A stretch of DNA of 62,383 bases, filler included, from Choristocarpus tenellus KU-1152 (lineage: Eukaryota > Protista > Phaeophyceae): the NCBI GenBank assembly GCA_964200185.2. It is 10 parts of 10 records of this genome, joined end to end, with 100 filler letters (N's around TTAATTAATTAA, not from the genome) between each part and the next. Parts side by side here need not be neighbours in the genome. Positions count along the whole stretch, not along the records: positions 49,931 to 55,352 come from CAXNAD020010834.1; positions 55,453 to 62,383 come from CAXNAD020007032.1; 8 more parts are not named here. One strand, 5' to 3'. Below the pieces are notes generated by a model that saw nothing but the letters and a program-made list of their open reading frames with translations, was not told where the DNA came from and did not search any database. The position numbers and the translations under genes were made by a program. Positions 52,901 through 62,383 of this stretch are shown here, one piece after another. How positions within the stretch are numbered: position 1 is the first letter of the stretch; every line of letters begins with the position of its first letter.

Positions 52901-55352
52901 AATGAGGTCAGGGGTGTGTTCAGAAGCTCAGGGGAACGTTCTCCTAGGGCTTGCCAAGGTCCGACTTAGTGCATTTGCTTCTTTTGGGAAGATCATGGGA
53001 GGGGGTACCAAGGCTACTGCTACCACAGCCGCCGATGGGCCCATACTAATCACAAACCCCTTCTCTGGGCTTGTAGTGGGTGAGCTCACGGTGTTACTCT
53101 TGCTAAGAGAGGCTGTATCATCAATGTTGCTGTCAGCTGGAGGGGAAGGGGAGGGGGCAGGAGCAGGAGCAGGAGCAGGAACAGTGACTTCACATTTGGA
53201 ACCATTGCAGGGGTTGAAGGACCAAGGGTTGTTGGAGGCAGGAAAAGCCCCAAAGGAGAATGAGGAAGTGGAGGAAGAGACCTGTGAGGAAGGATGGAAA
53301 TCCAAGGTTGACAGGCATAGTGAGGAGGGTGCAGTTACTAAAAGCTCTTCAGCAGTGCCGCTGACCTTGCCTGCGTATTGCCCTTCAGTGAATGATTCTG
53401 CAGAAGGTGACTTTGGAACATGCTCCCTGTGTGTATGTGGAAAGGTGTGGGGAGATTTTTTACTTTGATGCCGCAGGGGACACTGAGCAAGATGCATGGG
53501 ACCCCACACAACTGCCCTATTGCTACACTGGTGTATCTGACACCTCTAGCATGGGTTGTGTGTTCGTATTTACTGCCCTCAACCAGCCCTAGCTGTAGGA
53601 CCCTATCTGTAGTCCGAACAACTCTTTGATTGTTTTACATACCTTACATACCTTCCATATGTGTTCAGAATGTGATGGCCACTGTGGTGAAAGAAAATGC
53701 CCCCCAGTCCTCCTCTTTCCCTTGTCCCCTCTCCCGACCCCTCCCCCTTCCATGCACCTGAAAGTGCTTGGAAAATGTGTGGAGTTTGCTTGCATATCAT
53801 GCGAATTTGAAGTGTGGGAGGTCCTTGGTGCTACTTCACTGTTATACCCCTGATGCAACAACATGTGTCCCCCTTTAAAATTGAGTTTTTTTTAACCCTG
53901 TTAATGGATGACTTGGTGCTGGGAAGGGCGGTAGGGCACCATGAGTCTCAGTACAGATAGGTTTTGGGCACACTTGTTCAAGGTGTTATCTAGGGGTCTA
54001 GAAATTAATGCTTGCGTACTTTCTAACACAATCCCTACAGACTTGTCTAGACTTCTCAACCCCAAGCGAGGCGAGGAGCTGGACTCGCATGGACAGAGGC
54101 CTAGGTCAAGTCCAGAGAGTGAGAAACCGGCTTTGGGGCAAGAGCGCACCAGTGGAGAATTCCTTGGCCTTGTGCGTCATGTTGTGGAGCTTTCAGCAGT
54201 GGGCAAGGTGCCCCTGGGGGAAGGGGCAGATGCAGATGACCCCTACGGTCTTACTGGTTGTATTGTGGAGTACTCTCTCCCGGGCGATCAGGTGAAGGAG
54301 GGGGTGGCTGGGGTTTGGGTTGGGGTTGGGGGGGGTTGGGGGGGGAGAGGGAGGGAAATGAATATATGGAAAGCGATTTTGTTGGTGTGTGGATGATGCC
54401 TAAGTTGAGGGGGCATGATTGATTTCAGGTACACCACAGTGGCAATTACAAAACTGTTAAATGTACCCATAGAAACGCAATATGATGACTAGCCTTTAGC
54501 ATGCATTTACCCCGCATTGTTCTGCTACCTCATCAGTGTTGACCTGCACTGTGTGTTTGAGTGTATGCTTGTGCACATAGTCAGTGCTCGTTGTGGTAAA
54601 CGATAGACTTACTACACAAAACAGTCATATGATGTAAACCTCTGTATATTGTGTACTTAGAGGTACTTGTTTCAGGATATAGTCCTTCCTGTAAGGCCTG
54701 GATTCTACATGGTTTCATAGTCCATGTGGGTGATTACAGTAGCAGAGTAACGGACATTCTTGTTCCCTCTAGTGGTTGTTCCTGTGGTACCTATTTTGGA
54801 GCCAACTGTATGGTTTGAATTTGGCCCTTTTCCCTCACAGCTCTTTTTTATCTAAGCTAATGCAGGATGGCGGAATTCAACTGTGCTTCCTCCCTCCCTT
54901 TCAAATACCATTTCATCTGTGGTGACCAGACTTGTGCCACATCTAGCCGGGAAGGACATGGCGACAGCGACCTGAGCAACCGCAGTGGCAACGTCAATTG
55001 CAGCAGCCTTGCCAACACAGGACATCGTGCTCACACACTGTGGTGGGATGCCGATAGTGCTATTCTGAACTCGCGTACACGCCACGCTGTCAAAGTTAAA
55101 GCCTTGGGAGGGAGCATGACAGATTTAGGACTCGGGTCTCCATCTCTATCTGACCAAAAGGGAGATTGGAGGGGTGGGATTACAACTGCTGGCGATTTTG
55201 ATCACGGAAATGAGGTCCATGAAGGTTCAGGGGAGGGAGAGCTGGGCAAGCTCCTCGACTGCATCTTTGGCCCAAACAACATCACATTCTTGATCTACTG
55301 GAGTGCTGGGGACGGGACTGGGGACGGGGCGAAGATGGGTGCAGGGCTACAT
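49931..55352 (+). CDS. Internal exons of a multi-C2-domain protein, probably C2CD3-like (centriole/cilium)
   Basis: Large exons ~49931-51425, ~52641-53406, 54041-54291 and ~54866-55352 carry C2-type strands: VQRWMDASVEFLLV, VVGVARLQLRDVI, AIGALTVSLEL, LHMWEDAIQVFEVW, LLGLAKVRLSAF, ADGPILITNPFSGLVVGELTVLL and CIVEYSLP. These resemble C2CD3 motifs as I recall them. Cut by spacers at both ends. Confidence 0.6.
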
Positions 55353-55907
55353 NNNNNNNNNNNNNNNNNNNNNNNNNNNNNNNNNNNNNNNNNNNNTTAA
55401 TTAATTAANNNNNNNNNNNNNNNNNNNNNNNNNNNNNNNNNNNNNNNNNNNNCTTGAGGCTAGTGCTCACTCCGCTAATAAACAAATGCATACCACATCA
55501 AGCAAAATACTCTTATCAGAGTAGCTCTCTTTTGCATAGGTTATGAGCCTCACACGATTCCCCTTCGCAAACGGGATCATCAATGGAGATAATGCCGCTC
55601 ATATTTGGCAGGCAAATCAGCAGCAGAACGACCACGAGGGATGGTGCCTGCTACGCAATTTTCTCCATCACCTGGAGCTACTTTGACACCCAATCAAGGA
55701 GGGTGTCAAAAGGAAAGGGGTGGCAACAAGAATCAAGCACGGTCATTTTCAACCTTCAAGGTAACGACGAGCGAAGAGGACGAGCAAGTGATGCTTAGCT
55801 CATCTTGATGCAAAGAGATCGAACTCCCATGCGACTCTAGAGCGAACGTGTATCTCACGCCATGCGGAGAGGGTCTGGTTAACACACAAGCAACAAAGCG
55901 AACCTGA

Positions 55908-56165
55908 GAATCAAAGTGTCTTAGAGGGTTCAACCGCGTCCGTTTGGGGACCGAAATCGATAGTTATGATTTAATGTAATTTTGTCTATCGTGTTTGTTA
56001 GGAAGTGTCAATATTCTAGTTTCGGACACACCTTTTCATTATGTACACATTTTATCTAGTCAGAAACATTTCGTAGTAGGTAAAATGCCATAACAAATCC
56101 GTGGGAAGCCAAGCACGAAATGGACAAACGGGACAAAATTTGTACCCTCTAAGATACTTTCAATC
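55908..56165. mobile_element. MITE family A (reverse orientation)
   Basis: TIRs GAATCAAAGTGTCTTAGAGGGT / ACCCTCTAAGATACTTTCAATC; flanked on both sides by CTGA. Confidence 0.85.
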
Positions 56166-57099
56166 CTGAACCTTCAGCAACAATGGGAAGCTGGAGGCTA
56201 AGGAGACGGAGAACATGATACTATTGACAACGAGCAAGAACAGGGAGTTAAGGGTGATATTTTGTTATGTACTTTGGATACCTGATATGTCATGACTGGG
56301 ACACTGTGATGAGAAGGAGGAGAATTCATCGAGTCGGGATCAAATCGAGGGCGATGGTTGCAAGTATGCACGGATGGTGTGCGGTTGATTAGAAAAAACG
56401 TGTATGTGCGATTATCATATGATTCGTGGTGTCAACGTGAGGGAAAGCGCGGATGTGACATAATGGGTCAACGCTATCTATTGCGTGTTTAGTGTAATGA
56501 GTTATCAAGGGGCGGGAGGATGCAGACTGATGGGAGTGGCAAGGAGGGATCAGGTCCAGAGGGCGGGGAGAATCATGCATGTAGTGTATGCGGTATGTAT
56601 TTCTGCAACAAAGTGATGGATATATGGTCGACGTTGACAGTGGAAAGAAAAGAAGAACTTGGAGCTTTGCGCGAGTTTATCGACTGGCAGACTTGTAGAA
56701 AATAGGTGGCGATAGATGTAAGTGTGTATAGACTATCTGTGCAGTCATTTCATAAGTGCGTATGTGTTATCTTGACGCTGCGCGTCGTGTCGGCGTGAAG
56801 GGAGTGACGGATGTGACATAAGCTCGAACGGTACATATTGAGTGTTGCATATGTGAGCAAGGAGTGTACGTGTTGGGGTTGTCGCCAGTGGCAAGCAGAG
56901 GCCGGACTTTGTGAGTGGGGGGGGGGTCGTCATGTGGAGTGTGCTAACCTTTGTGACGATTGTCTGTCCATTCTAGAAATGTCTTGACCTGGAGATCAGG
57001 CAGGGACTTGCGTTGTTCCCGAGCCAGCACAACTCACAGCATGCTCGCCAACGGTCCAAATCTGCTTCTCTCATCCAACATTCAAGAGGCAAGGTCGTT

Positions 57100-58400
57100 C
57101 CAAGTGCGACCGCTTCTTTCCATCACTTCTGGCTGGACCATCATGGTTGACAAACATGGAGAGGAAGTGGTCCATGATCTGATCCGTTTTGGATTTCTTC
57201 CACGAACAGGCGGCACTGGTCTTGGGCAGTCTCTTTAGTCCCCATTTCCTGAGTGGGATCCAAACGAGATTACGATATCAGTTGGGCAGGTTTTTTTCCC
57301 TTTGACATTAGCGATGTATGTTCATGATGCCAACATAGGTAATACTGCATCTTTGTTCAGTGGAAGTGGCTTGCACAATGTTTGGTCACGAAGTGTTCCA
57401 TGGAGTACGGCTGTGATGGATGACACCCCACTTTGAAAGCATGGAGAAGGGTGTATTTGATACATCGAGAACCGAAACCGCCCCGATTAGAATATCCTGA
57501 AAAGGTGTGCATCGCATATGCAGTCAATTGTGAGCCATATCTAAAAGATTACGAAAACGTACCATGAAGCACGTAGGACGAAGTGAATGGGGGTAGTTTG
57601 TCGAACGGTAGAAGTGTGTGTTTTCATCTTAATTGTTATTGGGCTAAGATTTGAAGGATGGCTGAGAGAGCTTTGGGTTTGCTGAAAGCACCCCCCACGT
57701 GACACAACTGGTGATTCTGAACACCCCCACGACTGATTGGACCCTGTCTCGCATGGCAATAGGATCTTTTCCAAATTATGTGGAAATTTTTCAAACAGCA
57801 GAGAAACTAACCAAATCAAGTCAAACTTAACGCTTCATCCATAGAAGTATGGGTGAATTGCAAAAATCTTGAAAAATTGGCTTGAAGTGCGAAAAGGGCA
57901 AAAACTGGGTACCTCTCTCTCGATTGCTTTGGCTCTAGGTCAAACCCACCAGTCCCCAGCGTATACTCGCCGATGGCCATGTTACAACCCTCACTGACAG
58001 TCCATGTACAATTAGCATACCCCCTTGTGATTCAGTCCTCATAGAAGTGCCGGTTGAGCACATGCATGATGATGCACAGATTTGATGTGGGTCAACCTCA
58101 GCATTTTCGCCGGTCTGACTCTCCAATAACCAAAGAAACTGAATGCAATGAACTCTTCATCACCATGCATGACATGCAATATGATGCCGTATTTCTCTGT
58201 GCTGAATATAGTCCTTGTCACCAAAACCGAATGCCCGGAGCAAGCGTATGGTGTGCGTTTTCACCACACTTGAATGATGGAGCAACCTTGTCGACAAAGA
58301 GTCCACGCCCATAAATTTGTGAGGGCACACAACTCCACAAAACCATTGGCAGCATCTAGTCCTGAATGGAGTGGGTGATTAGGACACCCTAGTATTGTCG
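57100..58400 (-). pseudogene. Highly decayed piggyBac-like transposase remnant
   Basis: Minus-strand fragments in piggyBac order: YGRGLFVDKVAPSFKCG (cf. G..L.VDE.M..FKG), EKYGIILHVM (cf. KP.KYGIK), and PALL*GLNHKG.YANCT (cf. L...L...G.YA.GT). Many lesions. Confidence 0.4.
57770..57935. mobile_element. MITE family C, partial
   Basis: TCAAGTCAAACTT...TTCATCCATA...GGGTGAATTGC...CTGGGTACCTCTC...CTTTGGCTC matches the right half of 42553-42811. Confidence 0.7.
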
Positions 58401-59100
58401 ATGTCTGTGGACAGGTAGTGCTAATAGGCAATGGTTCAAGTATTTTTTTACGATGCTACAGGATGTATAGATAAGGAAAAGGACACACTAACTCCACAAC
58501 AAGTTGGATAACACTAGGCCCCCCATGACGAGGAGCAAACAGCGAAATTGAATCTCCAGCTTGGCTAGCCTGTTGCCTCATTTATTGACAACTGTAAAAT
58601 TATCCCTCTCCCCCCCTAACCTAGTGCTACCGCCAGATGAGCTAGAACGGACCTCATATACTCTCTGATGACATTTGCCACATTTTGAGAGGCCTTTGTT
58701 TTTTTTAACATGTACTCGACCAGGTCGTCCTGTTAGAAAGCTTTGCATAAAAGACTCGTTGCCGAGAGCTGCTGCTGGGTTACATGGTGAACATACACTA
58801 AATTATTAACTATCCGTTGGGCGTCTTAGCCATTGCCTGATTTACAAAGAAAACGTCGGACTCATCATACCGCTATGTATGACACTACCATGTATTGTAC
58901 CGAAAATTTCATAATTGTATATGAAACTGACCCACTGTGTCATATGCCTTTATCAGCATACACAATGTAAGCGCAACACCAGTTATCGCGAAATTCTCCC
59001 CTTGCTGACAAAGCATAAACTCAATGACCCCCCAAAATTTATACGCATTTATTATAGTTCTACATGCTCATCAAAAACCTCACATGTTGTCTGAAATGTT

Positions 59101-59733
59101 TCACTGACAAATTCTTAGTCCACACATCTGCCCTCTGGTTGTCAGTACCAACAAAAACAACACAAAACTCTCCCCTCTTCTTACCAGGTTCCTCAAAAAA
59201 TGTTGCCGGACACCATTGTATTTTGTTCTGGTAGAGCTAGTTGCATTTAGTACTAGTTTGCATGCACCATTGTTGTCCTCAAACATGTCAATGCAACGTC
59301 TGTGGAGCTATAGCTGAACAAACTCCAAAACACTTCGCATGAAAGTATCTCTTGTTTCACACTGCTGAGGACTACACACTCAATATCCGTTGAAGACAGA
59401 GCTACAACCTTTTGTACCTTTGAACCAAGATACTGCTTCTCCAGCAAACATTATGGCTCCCCCAGTCACTGGTTTATGATCATTACAACCCCCAGCATAG
59501 CTAGCATCAACATTTGCACTCAACTTACATTCAGTATCAAAACCACCAAAAATCAACGCAACATGACAAGTGTTCAATTTGTTTAAAAATTGTACTGAAC
59601 AGCATGCGAATGTGCAACTTTGGGACTGCTACTGTACTTAGCAACCTCACGAACTGCATTATTGACCATATCTAGTCTGGTTATGAGAGTTGCCCACATC
59701 AAACATCCAACAGCGTTTCTGTACGGGACATTA
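59101..59733 (-). mobile_element. Ty1/Copia RT C-terminus and RNase H remnant
   Basis: NVPYRNAVGCLMW...TRLD, ANVDASYAG...VTGG...FAGEAVSW, QKVVALSSTDIE and FEDNNGAC...TRTKY..VRQHFLR, in order, with frameshifts. Confidence 0.9.
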
Positions 59734-59734
59734 A

Positions 59735-59761
59735 TAGGGTTAGGGTTAGGGTTAGGGTTAG
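59735..59761 (+). repeat. Interstitial telomeric repeat (TTAGGG)~4.5
   Basis: TAGGGTTAGGGTTAGGGTTAGGGTTAG directly abuts the Copia fragment. Confidence 0.9.
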
Positions 59762-62014
59762 ATTTTCAAAAAGGCATATGAAAAAGGGAAGAAGAGATGA
59801 GGGTGGTGGTTCGTCAAGAGGTGGTTCCCCCGTGCACGTCAATAATCATGTTATGTCTGTGAAATATGAGCACATTTCTCTGTCTCTGTAGTATTATACA
59901 TAACTGCACCACAGAGAGAAGTTTTCGATATTGAATACTGAACTCACCTAATAGTGCGCAGAGAGATCTGCCTTGTATTAGTACACGTTTCCCGCTCAAG
60001 GGTCGGCTACTGCCAGTTCGCGCCAAATGTGATCTTGCGCGAAGTTTTTCCAGGTCCGTGCATTTCATGAATGAGCTTCCTTCCACTTTTTACCTCCAAC
60101 CAACATATGAAAGTGACAATGGATATCTTACAAGAAACAAGTTTAGCCTTTGTGTGTTCATCACCAAGAGTGGCAAGCATGACGTTGGGGTCATTATTGT
60201 TGGGATCCTGACCAAAAAAAGGTTATTTTCCTATCCTCTTCGACTTGGTAGTGATTAGAATCCAGTCTGATTCTGACGAAGCCTACCATCAAATATTGTG
60301 CTAGGATTGACAAACTTGTCAAAGCACTTATAATTGCAACATTTCGTCCCGTCTCGCCAAGGTCTTTTGGAACCTTGCCCAACTCTTCACAGGATTTGGG
60401 TGGCAATTGCTGCCTTCGACAGTAGACTATCCCGACCGATAGTTAGAACCACCACAGATTCACTATGTATATGGTGGTGATGTGCTTACATGGTCTGGCG
60501 AACCTCCATCTCTTTAGGATCCATCACTGTACTATTTTGATACTTTTTCGCACACATTTTCGAAAACCCTCCCAACCCTAATCCAAACTTGTGCATGAAA
60601 AATATATCCCCAACCATTAAAGGAAACAGACAGCCCGGGATTTAGAGCCATATTTTCCTTTTTTCCGTAGTCAACACTCATCCTGCGTAGTTGTGAAATT
60701 GGTGTCCTCCGCCCAACGCAATAGTTCTCCCTGTAACAGGACTTACTTACTACTACACTCGATCTTTTCACTACTCCATTATGACGAGACAATAATCGTT
60801 GATGCTGAAATTTTCATATATAGTACACCACACATTGGGCTATTTCAAGAATACATTGTCATTCTTGGAATTTACACATGGAGATTTTGATTTCCGATTT
60901 TCCCCTCAGAGCCAAACCAATTGAGTGGTATGCAGGGTTGCATTTTAAGGATCCCAAGGAAGGGAAAGAAGACACCATATTTTACTATTGGAGAACGAGC
61001 CTTTGCGCAACTTGTGGCGTCACTTTGGGTATGGAAAGGGGGAGAATTAATTTTCTGTATACATTGTGCACATACAGGTCTGCCGAATAAGATATATGAA
61101 TTACAGTAATATGTAACCGAAAGTATTCGGGATGATATTTCTTGTATCTTAGCGGAATATTTATTGACAATTATTTATGGGTTGAAGTCTGTTCGAGACG
61201 TTTTTCTATATCATGATGTTGGTGGAGTTTTCTGGAAAAGCTTGTAAGTGATTCTTTTTGGTAATTTCTTTCTAGAAACAACAGGGGCTAAACCAAGCCC
61301 CTCCGTGTATAATAATACCACTCTTCTCCTTTCAAGCATCTCATCACACGTTCAGCAAAGGGGAATCGTGCGAGGCTCCTATCTTTTTTCTCCTTTCCAT
61401 ACTCGCAGAAATCGCAGTCTATGTCTGCACAATAGCAATGAAATGGAGTGTATTGAGCATGGAAGAAAGATGGCTTAGAATGCAAAGGGGTCCAAGCACG
61501 CCTACCTCTCAATTGGTTTGGCTCTCATCATCCATGACAAAATATGAAATCTGTCCGAGTGGGTTTTGAAACTTTGAGAAGAGGGACTTTAATGCTTCTT
61601 TTGGGAGAAATCGCATCTCAATCGTCGTCGAGGTTGCTGGTGTTTGTTCTATTGAAAATGTGTAACTCAACAAAGGTGCGTATAGACGACTAGCAGATCG
61701 TGAGCGAAAGAGATCCCACACTGCTAAAGAGAGAACGAAGCCCGCAAGGACAACGTTGGCATAACTAGCGTAGGCAATGCACATCTGATTTGAGATGTTA
61801 GACGGATCGTGGAGAAGGATTCTGATGCTATTGCGTCTGCTTTTTCTTGAAGCAAAGCAGGTGACTGTTGACACTGAGACCATCATGACGAAACAACAAG
61901 ATGGAGACCGGGTTGAGGGAAGTCAATACAGAGAGGGAGGACAAAGTCAAGCAAGCCTTCCCTATGGTGTAGGTCACTGTGACGAGGGAGGAAGAACATA
62001 TGTCAAAGGCTACC

Positions 62015-62118
62015 GGGTCAAGTATCTGGGGGGGGGGGGGAGCGGCTGTCCATTTGGGGCCCATTTTTCCATGTCGCGATTTTTGGGCGATTTGGTCGCA
62101 TGCGTCGGATGAATAATG
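62015..62118. mobile_element. MITE family B, partial
   Basis: GGGTCAAGTATCTGGGGGG...GCTGTCCATTTGGGGCCCATTTTTCCATGTCGCGATTTTTGGG; the right end is absent. Confidence 0.8.
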
Positions 62119-62383
62119 TATTTTATAGACCCGCGTGCATCTACGTTCGTATCCTTGTGCTCAAGAAGTATGGGAAAATACACTGTCATTGATTTGTGCC
62201 ATAGTAATTGTTTTGTCATGATGAAGTGAACTAATGGTCTCATTGAATTAAGTTGGTGAAATATCGTACCGGAACGACCTTTTAATGGACGTACGTCGAA
62301 TTTAGATATTCAGTGGCGAGTATAGTATACAGGGAGGGTTGGGGTAAACGAGAGGTACCCTCGAGCTGCAAAGGGATGGTGGT

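Overview
Eukaryotic, repeat-rich nuclear DNA, most consistent with a photosynthetic stramenopile such as a brown alga (stramenopile-type H3/H4 sequences, TTAGGG repeats, GT-AG introns); the taxon is an inference. The window is not one continuous locus. Nine identical 100-bp spacers (44 N + TTAATTAATTAA + 44 N) join ten sequence pieces, so synteny across spacers cannot be trusted. Clear host genes: a divergent, intronless histone H3/H4 pair, each followed by a histone 3' stem-loop; the first four exons of NAA15 (NatA auxiliary subunit); and several exons of a probable C2CD3-like multi-C2 protein. Most of the rest is decayed mobile DNA: a chromodomain Ty3/Gypsy pol with PPT and LTR start, other Gypsy and Copia remnants, an intron-rich Sola-like/DUF7869-type DDD transposase pseudogene, and Tc1/mariner and piggyBac fragments. 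About 18 copies of three MITE families share a terminus and mostly 3-bp target-site duplications. I found no unambiguous new system. The best leads are the stem-loop histone pair, the three-family MITE system, the Sola-like transposase, a TTAGGG-bearing Helentron-like element, and an unidentified cluster of decayed intronless ORFs at 26-32 kb whose upstream motifs recur at 37-38 kb.
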